Shown here: in pieces, positions 30,111-43,848 of the stretch | Layout of the letters: each line of letters starts with the position of its first letter | Numbering within the stretch: the stretch's first letter is position 1 | NCBI GenBank assembly: GCA_044892505.1 | Contig: CM097882.1 | Span: forward strand, 527,000,001 to 527,064,000 | Reading direction: 5' to 3' | Length of the DNA: 64,000 nucleotides | Source of the DNA: Schmidtea nova | Taxonomy: Eukaryota | Notes under the pieces: model-generated | Database searches by the model: none | Told to the model about the DNA's origin: nothing | What the model saw: only the letters and a program-made list of their open reading frames with translations | Made by a program: the position numbers and the translations under genes

Positions 30111-31364
30111 ATTATAAATATATTTTTTGTATTTTCAATTAAATTATTTCCATCAATGGTCATGGTTTCACTCGGAGACATAATTCATTTGGATTTTTAA
30201 CAAAATTATTAATTTTGGGTTAACTAAGTCCGATCAACATTGTTACATGTTGTGGTGACGTTTTATCTGCTAAATCTTAATTATTAATTATTGAAAATTG
30301 ATTAGATAAAATTATTAAAATATATTTATAATTAATCGTGCATTACCAACATTGAAAAAGAACTAACTTTGTTTAAATATTCTAGATTGGAAAAGATGGA
30401 GGAAAATAAAATTGTAGTAAAAATAAATATTGTTCAATTTCAATTTTCAGTTCTATCTTTTATTAAACAAAAACTCAACACATGTCAAGTATGCAAATGT
30501 GGTTTCTAAATTCTGTCGAAGTACCCGATTTATGTATTTATTGTTATATTTTAAAACAACCGGAATAAGAATTGAATTTTTTAAATAAACTTTTTGTAAA
30601 ATCATAATTTTTATCATCCATCATAACTGACAATTCAAAATTGATACTCAACAATTTTATGGCATTGAATCATGGCAATTTGTTCTGAAGAGAAATAATG
30701 AAGCAAGTCTATTTGATCTTTTGTGGATCAAATCGTAGCATGTAAATTGTTCTTAAGGCAATCACGGAGCGTTAATTGATAATGAAGTATCATTATAGGA
30801 CGTCATAAAAATTATTTTATCAACCTTTCCATAGTAATAAGCAATTTTACTAATAATTGTTTTTGAACATCATAATTATTTTTGTATTTATTATTTGATC
30901 ATCCTTATTATAAATATAATCTTAATAATAATTCGTTATTTAAAGTTTATTGTTTTCATGTCGTTATAACAATTTTCTTATCATTATTTTACTTAATGTT
31001 CTTAGCACCCTTTGCGAAATTCAATGAGCATGTAGTATCTTATCTTTATTATTATTATGGCAAAAATTATCATCTTTATTTTTAATTTATTTTTATCATT
31101 GCACTATTTTTGTATATGATATTATAATCATACGTATTCTTAAGTGTTGAATCATTGTATTATTCAATCACTTTTATTGTATTATTGTAAATGTGGGAAA
31201 TATCAATAACATAAGGAATTGCTCATTGACCAGAAACGTAATAATTATTTATAAATAATTGTGTAATAATAATAATTAAATTAGTAATAAATATATAATA
31301 AAAAGCAGCATGTCTGTTTGACATCAGTATTGATATCAACGATAACAACAATAATAATAATAAA

Positions 31365-32195
31365 GGTGCTTTTGATTTTCTGAACCCTTTCATAGCGTTC
31401 AGTGTCAGCTGTCATCTCTGGAATGTCACCTCTCAGTGGCAATGAACCGTTTCCTTCCGATTTTATGAAATCTTTCAAGGCCGCAACGAGAATCCAGAAA
31501 GAATTTGACTCACAGTTGATTTCAATACGACGAGGATCTTCTAAAAGTGTCCTGACGTTGATTAGAATCTCAGAAATGGTCTTCGCGATCTCATATACAT
31601 CATGTAGGCAAATTGAAAAGAGTATAGTTTCAGGAACGATAAACAGAATCAACGAATCCAATTCATTGCCTCCAGCTACGAGAGTTTTCCAAGCATTTCC
31701 AGACATTTTTTTCTGAATACTAAAATCATCAGGAATTGTAATATTTTTTCCAAAATTGTATAATATCTTGCAAACTTCTGGCACTCGATTGCATCAAAAA
31801 TGTTTTACATTCATCATAATCAATTGACATATTATGATCCAAATCAACACGAGATAACAATTTTTCGGCTTCATTAATTCCAATTTTTATACCTAAATCT
31901 GCCATTGTTTCTTGAATTTCTTTTGCATCAATTTTATTATCATGATTTCGATCCATTTGTTTAAATGCCAATTTTAATTGAGTCTCTTGACATTTAATAA
32001 ATTCCAAAAACTTCTCTGATTTGTCATAATTATCACCAGATTGATTAGATTTCGTCTGGAATCATCAGATTTATTTTTCAATGCTTCTTTCAATGTTTGA
32101 ACGGATATAATTGTATTTTGTTTCTTGTCTGCTTCTTTATCATTGTTAGTTTCATTATTTTCACTTTTTAACTGTTTATCGATGTTATCAATCAT
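31365..32195 (-). pseudogene. Chimeric pseudogene: SCaMC (SLC25A23/24/25-type) EF-hand N terminus joined to an NAE1/APP-BP1 fragment
   Basis: KLAFKQMDRNHDNKIDAKEI..IIQFWK and ITIPDDFS..WKTLVAGG (SCaMC, two frameshifts), then SFWILVAALKDF..EGNGSLPLRGDIPEMTADTERY (NAE1). Confidence 0.8.
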
Positions 32196-32807
32196 GTTAA
32201 TATAAAATTATATATCAAAATGTATCAGAAATCAAAATATCATTTGAAATATTAGATAAAGATCATTGCAAGTTACGAAGATTAAAATTAAAAACTTTGA
32301 AATAGCTTCAATCAAATATTCCAGGAGGTTGTGACCATCCAATTGCTGATTTTTAGGACGGAATATATTTAAAAATTCTTCAATTCGTGAATTGAATTTG
32401 TGATTGATTTACAATTTAAATCTTAAGAAAATTATATTTGATTATTATATAAAAAATTGATTTTCACAAAATTTTCAATAATTACCAAGTTTTTTGTGTT
32501 GTTTGTAAAATTATATTTTTTGGTAATTAAAAAGGAAAAAATTAAGATTGTTTTAATAATAATGAGTTTTTGAAGTAAAGGTAGAGGATTTAAATTTTGA
32601 TTTGTGTGATTTTTAATGTAAAACGTTTAAAAATGTATTGGTAATTGTGAATAAATATGTGGAAAAATTGTGTTTAAATTTGTCAATTATTCGTACACAA
32701 CCTCCTGGAATATTTGATTGAAATTATTTCAAATTTTTTAATCTTAATCTTCGTAACTTGCAATGATCTTTATCTAATATTTCATATGATCTTTTTATTT
32801 CTGATAC

Positions 32808-32980
32808 ATCCTCGTCATATTGAAATCAACTGTGAGTCAAATTCTTTCTGGATTCTCGTTGCGGCCTTGAAAGAATTCATAAAATCGGAAGGAAACGGTT
32901 CATTGCCACTGATAGGTGACATTCCAGAGATGACAGCTGACACTGAACGCTATGAAAGGATTCAGAAATCAAAAGCACCT
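32808..32980 (+). pseudogene. Inverted duplicate of the NAE1 fragment
   Basis: Near-identical reverse complement of 31365-31537. Confidence 0.85.
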
Positions 32981-33215
32981 GGCTGGAGTCAACCAGAATA
33001 TATTTCGTTTTAATTTACAACGAACCGGAGAAATTTGAACTGCGTTTCCGACCGAAATTATTTCCCACAATTGCGATATTAGAGAAATCTTTTCCTCAAA
33101 ATTTTACTGTAAGATAATCGTATAACCAGGACTAACCAACCACTGAATACCAGTAAAATTGAAATTCCGTAACATTGAATTTTTAAATTTTGTAATTATA
33201 CTTTAGATAAAATCC

Positions 33216-33500
33216 GTGTTTTGCTATGATCATCGAATAACTTCGGGAGCAGAGAGAGGAGAGAATCAACGTTTGTCATCAACGGGAAATAGCAAAATAG
33301 AACCGGAATATAATAATCATTTGTACATCACCATGCTATTAAAAACCATTCCAACTTCGCTGGTGCGTGAAATTTTCGAAAAACATCAACAAGATTTTGT
33401 ACGGGGCGAAGAACCAAAATTTAGTCTTTTTCGCAATAGCCCCGATCGAATAGTGTGGTACGGTAGCGCAGAATGGCCGATAGACGTTGTGATGAATGTG
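33216..33500 (+). mobile_element. Relic of a related giant-element LTR (ORF-A homologue)
   Basis: HLYITMLLKTIP..REIF..EPKFSLFRNSPDRIVWYGSAEWPIDV aligns with 54426-54755 and with LTR ORF-A. Confidence 0.6.
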
Positions 33501-35028
33501 TATAAGAACAATGGTGAACAAGGGCACCACAGTTTATATAATAAATTTGGAACAAAGTTATATCAGAATCTAATTCAATATCCTTTTCATTAAAAGATTC
33601 AGAATCTTCATCATTTTTACTAGAGTTGACTATCATAAGTGTGAAGTTTAACTTAAAACTATTTTGAACACATTCTGGTGTCATATGATTTCATACATCA
33701 AGAATCCAACTGCATGCTTCAACATACGATACACATCTCATTCTTCCTGTTTTTGTAAACGTATGAATTACATTAGTTATCCATTTCTCATATTGTTGAT
33801 GCATTTTGGATTTGAATGTCTTTTTAAAAATCAAATCGAGTAGTTGTTAAATTTTTATTAACCCTTCAGGAATGACCGCAGTTTCAAATAAGAATTGACG
33901 AAAACCGAATTCTTACACGTTGATGAGACTATCGATCTATTTGGCCGTAATTGGCTCGTTCATCAAATCTTTATTTGTGACGCTTACGATCATTTCTTTT
34001 GTAAAGTTATCCTTTGGCAGTTTTCCCTTGAAGATAACCATAAGATTTCCCATCATCTACTTTGCAACATAATGGTACAGTGAATTTTAGTTTTTCTGAA
34101 CAAGCGGTTAAGAGAATGATATGTTTTTCCATTTTCATCGATGGTTTAGTGTTGGTAAAATAAAAAACTGCAACTTAGTTCATATTCCCTATTTAACCTA
34201 ATTTCACGCTAGATTTAAAGCCAAGGAAGTAATTCATGAAATTTCTCTCTTGCCTTCCAATCAAAAAGTACTTGCTATCCAACTGACGTGACTATATGAA
34301 AGGATAAATTGTTCCTCTTCGTGGATTTGTAGTACCTATTGATTCAAATTATAATTCCAGTTATTTCTGGGAAATCATTCGCATTTTTAAATACTCTAAT
34401 TGGAATTTTACTGTCAAAACTTGTTATTGGATCTCTTGACTGCAAAACACAACTTTCAATTAAATGTCTAGTTTTGGCCAAAACGGGTTCCTTTCTCTTT
34501 GAACGCGTTTAACCACTTCCAATACATTTTTCTCTTTTCTCTCGATTTTATATTCACGCGCCGACAATCAATCCCCTATTTATATGGATATTTTATGATT
34601 TCTAGTTTAAATGATGTTGTATATGAATTACGGCTCTTTGTTGGCATTATTAGTTATAATTTATTAAAGTTAATTATTTTATTAAATATTTTCAAAAAAC
34701 ACTCGTAAAATGAAAAAAATTAGAGTAAAAATATTTGTTTACAAAACTTTTAAATTAAAATTTTAACATAAGATAAATAAAAAGTCAACTCTAATAGGAA
34801 GTTGAAATATAAATTTGAACATAAACTTTCAATTTTTCCAGCAGTTATATTATTTATAATACATTTAAGCAACGGGTTATATTTAGATATCTAGTTGAAA
34901 ACAGTAAATTGTCTGATGCGGTTTATACACAGATACGGCTGATATTCGCGAAAGTACGATAAAAAATTTTAATTAGTGTTTTGATAAAGAGTAACAGTAT
35001 TCAACCACTAATATTTAAATCACAATAC

Positions 35029-36290
35029 TGTTGGGCAAGTGCAAGTTATTGGACCTGTGCAGTTAACTAAGAAAATCGTATCAATAATTATCAAAGAATT
35101 AATTGATAATTGTTTGATTAATTTATCGTAGCGTCATTGATTTTCTAAATAGATTATTGGTTATATTGAAAATTACGACCATGTTGTTGAAATATATTTC
35201 ATTTTTATATAAATAATCCGGACAACTAGAATTGCTTCAACAAGTGTACACATAATTTTGGGTTGATTAGGCAAAAATTATAAAACTAAATATTAAACAA
35301 ACCGCGCAGCAACATAAGAATAAATAAAGGAGAAACATAAATAAAATAGACAGGTATAAATAAATAAACAAAAATAAGGAAATAATAAATTAAACCAATT
35401 AAGGTAATCAAAATCAGGTAAAAAGTAAATAAATTATTGTCAGATCAAGAAATTTAGTGTAGTGTGTTGTCTAAATACATGTATATAAGTATAATTTGTA
35501 AATTTTCTTATTAAATAAAAGACAGAGAGAAAGCGGAGATAGAATGTAAGCGTTCTGTGAAAAAAATTCATTTCATGAACGACTGTTGGAATTAAATTGA
35601 GAGTTAAATATAATAGCATGTAAATAGCGATGTCTGATGGTAACCATATTAATTTTTTTCGGGGAGTTGATATGTTCAGGAGCTAATCATGACACCAGAA
35701 ATAAAATGGAAAAGATCAGTGAGCTTTGTACACGAACTACAACAATGACTGATAAAGGTAGACCAAGGAAAGGAGGACCTAAGATTAGAACTATGCGCTA
35801 CCCAACTAGAGTTACAAAATTACAAGAAGGCAATGGAAAAGTCGTTCATGGAGAGAGAACCGATAGAATTCGACCGATAACGTTCCTTGATGGCTCCAGA
35901 GAGACACAAGTCAAAGCAGCTCTCGGAGTGTCAAGACGCAATCGATTGAGCACAAAGTAACGTCGTAAGCTGAAGCGACAACGGAAGGAACAATTTAATT
36001 TTCAGTTTATTTGATATATACAAGAATTAGTGACCAAGATTGGCGTTAGGAGAGAAAATGTAAAGTCTTCTATCGACCAAGGTGAACCCTTAAAGAAGAG
36101 ATTAGTATGGATTAGTCATGGTAATATAGCTCACCACCTATTAACACTCACCAGTCGCGGTGTATATAACAAACACAATTGTCTGAAAATAATTCTGGTT
36201 ACGCTTGCGATGGATTAGAATGTCATGTGCTTAAAGATTAAATTGGATAAGATATAAACCCTAGATCGATACACGAACACGCCAACAATA
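35029..36290 (+). mobile_element. Decayed solo LTR of a related giant-element family
   Basis: TGTTGG...CCAACA termini, A-rich U3-like start, ORF-B-like IRPITF..RRNRLSTK*RRKLKR, U5-like motifs CTTCTATCG and GCTCACC. Confidence 0.6.
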
Positions 36291-36889
36291 TACATTATAA
36301 AAAAATCTATTTTGGTAGATTGGAAAACTGGACCCAATTTTTTTCATTCATTTTGTATCAAAATATACAGTTTTTTCTTTTTGTATAATTTCGAATTACA
36401 TTTCTTATTGTTCAATGGGATTAAATTTAATTAATTTGTTTGGGATAATTATATATTTCTATAAATAATTTACTTGCTGGCAATTTTTGTAAGATGAGAA
36501 TATTTTATATTTTTGTGGTTGTGGTTGTAATTTTCTAATGTAATTTTTATGTATATTTATATAATTTATTTGATTTGTTTTTAGATACCTTGAAAAAGAC
36601 AAAATAGTCAAGATATTTGAGATCGTTTTGAAAACATTACCAATTTAGATGATGAAGAACTAGCGAATGATAACTTTAGTCATTTTTTGATTGCGAAGAA
36701 GGAATTTGGAAATACACCCAAAATAAAAAGTACAAAAGAAGTTAATTACGCCATATATTAATAAAGAGCGAAAATTTTTACAACATGTCCTTTAGTCGAA
36801 CAGGTGCTACATAAAAAACAAACAATAATCTAAACAAATCTCTCAAATAAACAAGATATTCCTAAATAATTTACGAACAAGAGCAAAAT

Positions 36890-37170
36890 AAAAGAGACAT
36901 AAATTCTTTAAAGTTTTGCTTCGATAATCATCTTAATTCGGTAATTTATGTTACTAAGACAAAAAAGAATATACCATATCACTCTACACTGTGATAATAG
37001 TGTTGACCTGGCTTCAAACTAGCCCAACATCATATTGGCATATAATAAAACGAAGGAAGGAGTTGAAACATTTGATAATTTAGTTCAAAAATGTACCTGT
37101 AAAAGAAAGACCAAGCCATGACCCATGGTTTTATTTTTCAACATGATTCATATCAAAGCTGTCAGTTTAT
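36890..37170 (+). mobile_element. piggyBac transposase relic
   Basis: STLHC..PNIILAYNKTKEGVETFDNLVQKCTCKRKTKP*PMVLFFNMI matches the piggyBac YNxTKGGVD..RRWP motif, with stops. Confidence 0.8.
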
Positions 37171-40100
37171 AACTTGTACAAATGTACTTATGCAGAACTA
37201 TTTATTCAGCGGAAAGGCTCAGTTCGTAAAATGTTTTTGAAGGATGACTACGCGATTTGTAAGGTATTTTATGTTGAACCGATTATTAAAACCGCGGACG
37301 ATGAAAAAATGCAAAAAATCGCTACTCGTCAAATAGGACATGTAATAATCTTGTGACACATTTCAATATGACTCGTTCGAAGATGAAGGCAACAAAACTG
37401 TTAGACGATGATTCTGGTTAATATTTTATATAATATATTTTAAATTAATTTATGACTTGAATAAAGTAACTATGTTTTATGAATTAATGAAAATAAAATA
37501 AAAGCGACTTTCACTAAATCTGACAAAATATAGGAAAATATCTATGGATCCAAAATTACCTAAGCACAGATAATTCGAACATTATGAACAACAGATTCTT
37601 CATCTTGATTTCATATTTACTTTTAATATCATCTAAACCAACGGTTACCACCTCTTTATGGGCGTTAAATTAAATTTAAAGGGTTGCTGGATGCTAGTCA
37701 ATCCCAGATCCAACTCGAGTGTTCTGATCAACAAACAAACTATTTGCATGTTTTTCAGACCTTTTTAGTTGTTACCCATGTAATTTTTCTTGATCGTTAA
37801 CGCCTTAGCTTTGCTTGCCTTTGTTTCTCTTAACTCGTCATTTAGCTCAACATAAATTCATAATATAAAAAAGGACAATCTCATCGAGTTAAAAAATTGA
37901 TGAAGACAATCTTTTTTTCGGTGAGTTCAATTTTATTCTAATACTCTACTAAAAAAAATGTGATTCAGGTTATTGTGTTTAAATACTTGGAACCAAGGGG
38001 GTTGTGAATCCATGTGTTTGAATCGCTGGTCTGAACCAATGCTTTCCATGCTTTTTTGTTGACCTCATAGCTTTTATAGGCCCCATTTGGAAAACTCTGA
38101 TTTAGATTTTCTATGGGAAGAAATTTTTTTGTGTCTTCTAAGGTTTAAGAAAATACGAATATCTACTGCGAATTTTCGGACTTTTATATGATATTAGATT
38201 TTATTATTATTTATTTTTATTTAACAAATTATTTTATTTAAAATTCTTTATATTATGGGTTCCCAAAATGTAATTTCTTTATAGTATACACCCTCAAAGC
38301 TTCTATTGATCCCGGTTTAGAAACGCTCGTCTAAACAGTCATGTAGAAATGTAGAATAATAACAATATGGTATTTCTAATACAGTAATCACGGACTATAA
38401 ATTAATTACATTTAAATAGACGCTGTATTTCATGTAAAGAGAGACGCAGAACAAAGGAGGGGCATATTAATGAAAAAAATTAGCTTTAGAACTAGCGTAA
38501 GGTACTTACTATCATAAAATTACTTTGTTATAAGTATATTGGAACTTTCAACTGGAAGCATCCCAAGACAAACAATGTGAGATCTTCAATTTGCAGAACA
38601 GACATATTCACCAAATGAAAAAGGTTACAATCAACAGTATAGAAAATTTAACGAACTCGTTGTCAGATTAAAGGGTATTTGCAAGTAACGCTTCTGCTTT
38701 ATAGAAATATACCCATAGATACATTTTAACAAGCTCTTTTTCGCAATAACATTAAATAGTCCTTCACAAAATTAACATAGTAATAATTTTCTATGGTAAC
38801 AAGGAAAATCTCAAGAGATTTCAAAAGCTGAGACATGCGTAGATATAAATAGCTTTTTTAATTTTTACTCTAGAATTACTACAGAAACATTGCCAATTGT
38901 GAGCAAAAAATATTTTAAATAAAAATTTAATAAGTTATATATATATATATATAATTTTATTTTATTAATTTAATTCAGTTATAATAATGGACATCATACA
39001 GATCACGGTTTGCTCATCACTTTTAGCATAATTAACTTTCACTTTCTATTTCAAAAGACGATTAGATTTGTAATGCAAAATTATTACCCATTTGATTCCT
39101 ATACCAAATTTGATTTTCAATTCTGTCAGTGTCTTAATCTTGACAATATATTGGATTTCTAATTTCGACAATAAATCATTCATGTTTAAAAACTATACCA
39201 GTCGTTACCTTTTCTACACACACTATCAGTAATTAAAAGTAAAGTATTATTTCTTAAATTTTAACAAATAAATCAGCCACTTTTTACTTCCATTAAACCT
39301 ATATATTATTTCACCTGATTACCTTGAACAGTAGCGTATACAACTAATTAATGGAAACTTTAGTATCATTAACAAGTCTGAATTTATTGGAAAAAGAGGA
39401 AACATGTAATTCCTGCTCCAGTCGATGAGTTGTGAAATTAAGATGGTTTAGCATGGAGATATCTCAATATTAATTGTATAGATTGTAAAAAATGTTTCGA
39501 TGAGGAAATGTCCATTTTTGTTAGTTTTACTATCAGACTTAATGATATTTTATTAGAGATGATTAAATATTCCACCGAGTAACCTAAATATTGTATAAGT
39601 GTCAATTTATATTCTAGCAAGAACTATTGTTAAAATCTTAAATACCTTAATTGAAAAATACCAGTGACCTATATCGTGGACCTAATGCGGCTGTTCAAAG
39701 TTAAGAATTATAAGTGTATGATGAAGTTAAGTAAAAGGAAGGTTCCTAAGAAATATAATGAATAGCTTATGCATTGTGGAAGTTCAAGTTTTTTTGCTCA
39801 GATAATTACAAATAAAAAACTATTATCGTCATAAAATATATAATCAAATAGCAACTTATTCCATTTTATCCACCGATGATCATACAAGAATTTAAATCAA
39901 TATGATTATATATATACCATACTGTATGTTACAAATATGAATTCTTAAATCATGAAAATAAATTTTAATATACAAGCAATTGAAAGTTTTCATAATGCAT
40001 TGGAACTAAAAATAAAACACATGAAGTATGTAAAAACAGAACCGAAATCAAAATTTTTAAACGATTTTGTTACTATTTTAACACGTTCTGTGCGCATTCT

Positions 40101-42587
40101 GTTTTTCTGCAACCAAAAAATACACTTAGTGCACCATTGGTAGGCACGTCGGACGCAACGTTTTATTAATAGAAATTATTATTTTAGGGCTGTTTTAGAT
40201 TTAATTAAAATAAAATAATTTGAAATTGTATTTTTTTCGACGTTCAAGAATAATTGTTAGTTAGGGAAGTTTTTGTTTTAATTTACACCATTATAAAGGT
40301 AATAATGGTGTTTCATTCGAAACTCATCTATCCCTCAGATAAATAATAATGAAAATTCATTCTAATTCATCTCTGATGGATCGATTGATTTAGAAAAATA
40401 AGATTTATTGAAGCATTATTAAAAGACGAAAATCACCACAAATCAAGGTCAACATTGAAAGCTTATTTTCAGCGCTTTTAAAAATCGAATCTCACTTTCA
40501 AACTATATCAAAAACTATTCAAACATACTCTTAGAGAGAACAAATTCTTAGATAATTTTTATTTAAATATTAATATATCATTGTATAATAACTTCATATC
40601 TTTAATTCATATCTTTAATTCATAAATATAACGGATAAATTTCCGAAAATAAATGACTTTATTCAATAAATGAATTAAATAAATGACTTAATCAAATGTT
40701 TAAGGTAGCTACTTAAGATTCAATGTATTAAAAATCAATATTTTAATTTTTTTCTGTTTTGATCATCTTATTTTTATGTATCTGGTATTATGTAGCCATT
40801 CTATTTATTAAAAAATGTAAAGTTTTGAAGATTGTAAATGTTTAATTTTTGAATAGTCAAAAGTAGCTTATGTTTCCACCAACTCATCCTATCCATAAAA
40901 AAAAGTAAAAAATTTATTAAATACAAATAGATTAATTATTTTAAAAAAATAATAAGTATGAGCATGTATCAGGCCAAAACTTGAGGGTTATTATAAATCA
41001 ATGAGACGGGCAGTGACAATGCAAAATAATGAACTAATTAATTAAAATATTTTTGACATTAATCATTTCAGTAGGAAAATGAAATTTTTAAGTTTGAACG
41101 GCGGAAGTGATTTATATCACTTGACTGCAGAATAATAGAAATTGATATTATTCAGATTGAAGATTGGGAAAATAGTTGATACAGCTTGCAGATGGATGCG
41201 ATTAATGCCAGAAGAGACCTTAATAAATGGAGAGAAACTTGACTTTACACTATTACAGTTGAAGATAAAAGTGAATACACGATTTGTAAAGCTAGAAAGA
41301 GAAAGCTAAGCGAATTAATTCAGTTTGAGAAATAGATATTGCCGATCAGATTTACAAGTGATTTTTAATGTGGTCAAAATATACTACTGTTTGAGATGGT
41401 GATCTTTTGAGGAATCACCAACCTTATCAAACTGTATTGTTTTGTTGATATTGTTTATTTAATTAATCGAGTGAATTATTGAAAAATTGTTTACTTTAAA
41501 AAAACTTTTTGATTAGGTGTTATTATTTTAATATAAGAACACATGGAGTCAGATTGTAACTTTATTCATACCTAAATTAAGTAAACCCAACATAATTAAA
41601 GAAAGTTGTATTTGCGTGTTTCAAGTATTTGTCTATCCTATTTTGAAACCTATAATAATTTCGTCGATCTATCTATTAATTAATTTCCAACATGATAAAA
41701 TTTTGATGATTCGATACTCAAATTTATTCGTCATAAAAGTTTAGCCTTAAACGTAATCGAAATCATGCAGAAAATTAACCTCTACAGATGAAAAATCCAA
41801 AAAATGACTCAATTAAATACCGATAATTTATCATATTTTTACAACAGATTTCATGCCATAGTCAAGTGTAAAATGAAGATATATGTGAATAGTTAAAATA
41901 AAATGACGAACTTCAAGAATTAGCCGATAATGATATAATAAATTTGGTTAATCAGAGATCGATAATGAAAAGATTAAAAAGATGATTTATAATGGTGTTA
42001 AGGTAGCAAGAGAAGACTACTGCAACTTGCTTTATATTATTGAAACGTTGGCACAAATTAATTGTCAAAAAGTTCTAAAAAAATATTAATAACGTTTTAT
42101 TTTAAAATGGTTGAATTAAATTTTCTATAATTAAACTTAAATATTATTTAACTCGGACTTAGATTTAATAAAACATTTGTTGTTATCGAATTTTCAGAGA
42201 TTTTGTATGTCTGGTAGTTCCTAAGTAGTTCCGTTTATGGCGGATGATCAAAATTTTACTATATTTAAAAATTTAACGCAAAAGTGTTTAACTACATTAA
42301 AATTTGAATTTCATATTTAAAAATTAAAAATTTTTGCATTCACACGATTGTTATTTACTTTTGGTCATAGTTTAAATTAAAAAAACATCAAATCCAGGAT
42401 ATGTAAAAATTATTTTAATTTTAAATGTTTCTAAAAATCTTATGGCCACGACTTTAACAAGTTGTTTTTCAAAAATTTCACTTTAGTTTAGTCGATATTT
42501 TTTAAATAAATTTTAATTTGTAACTCAAGATTTGATTATAATATGATCTTTTTTTCAATAAATGATTAGTTTTGAATTTGAAATTAA

Positions 42588-43848
42588 CCCTCTAATACCC
42601 ATATCCGCCTCAAGGCGGGCCTTCCTAAAACTATGATAGCATGTACATCTAAACCGTTATCCATAAAATTTTCTTGCCACATTGTAGTCGAATAGTGGGC
42701 TATGCATTAGTTTTTTATAAATTTATATAACGGTCCGTTATACTGGTGCATCAGTTCGAAGTGCGTTTTTTAAGAGAAAATAGAAAATATATACGTTTTC
42801 ATATAACTCGATTTTAAAATAATAGAAAGAATTAGTTATATTTGTCCGAACAGTTTTAAAAAATATTGGGAAGTAGAAAATTTTATTATCTTTCGAACGG
42901 TACATGAATAAATACAAAAATATTTGTTACTTAGCTAATAATACATTAGCAACTGTAGTAGGGCATAACCGGAAATTGCCTCGGGCATTCGCCTCGGCCG
43001 AATATTGCGTTTTTCGGCAATATTCAGAAGTATTCGCCTCGGCAAATATTACACGCGCAAATAGGTAAAAATTAAAAAAATCGAATTCAATAAATAATTA
43101 AACATCAAACAGCTGGTGAAGAAGAAACTGTAATTTCAGTAGCATTCGACATACTCTCGGCATACAATTTAAAATAGACGTTTTCAATGGAAATATACAA
43201 TGAAAAATTGTTATTTTAAGATTAAAATAAACTTTTATCATATAGCTAATCTCGATATATTTTTCTATGATTTTTGAAACACGTCGTAAATAATAAATTC
43301 ATTCTGCGCTTTCCATTAAAAATTAAATAAATCTACAAAAAATATTTATTAGTAGAAAAAACTAAGATACGTTATTCCTTGCGTTAGAAGTAAAAGAAGC
43401 ACTACATGCCTCCAGACAATCTCAGGTATGATCAGCTAGCACACTTGTGTGTATTTTTGGATAGAACAGGGAAAAATGTGCAAAATGAGACAAGGCAAAT
43501 CAGAAACACAATCTTTTTGTAAAAAATGTAATCTAAACCTCTGTAATTCTACTACCAAGACTTGCTTTTTTGATTTGCATAACATGAAATAGTTTATATG
43601 TACTAATTTTTCATTTAATTCAATAACAAACTAAATTTCAGTTCATAAATATCGTTTTACTTCATATAAAATAAAATATACACCTGAGTTTTCTTTTATA
43701 CCCCACGGCCCAGGCGGGTTTGTTATTTTTACCTGTAGAAGGGGAGTGTTGCATAAAATTGAGATTTTGACATCGGATTTGTGTTTTTTACAAGAATAAA
43801 ACTTTAACTTGTTTTTACCATATCGAAAAAATTTGTGGCATTAGAGGG
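42588..43848 (+). mobile_element. Non-autonomous piggyBac element
   Basis: TTAA flanks at both ends, TIRs CCCTCTAATACC / GGCATTAGAGGG, and a relic C-terminal Cys-rich domain (RYDQLAH..CKKCNLNLC..CF) at ~43400-43590. Confidence 0.85.

Noticed and set aside
33600-34700. Decayed minus-strand coding-like sequence, probably a TE
   Set aside because: No recognisable family motif or termini.
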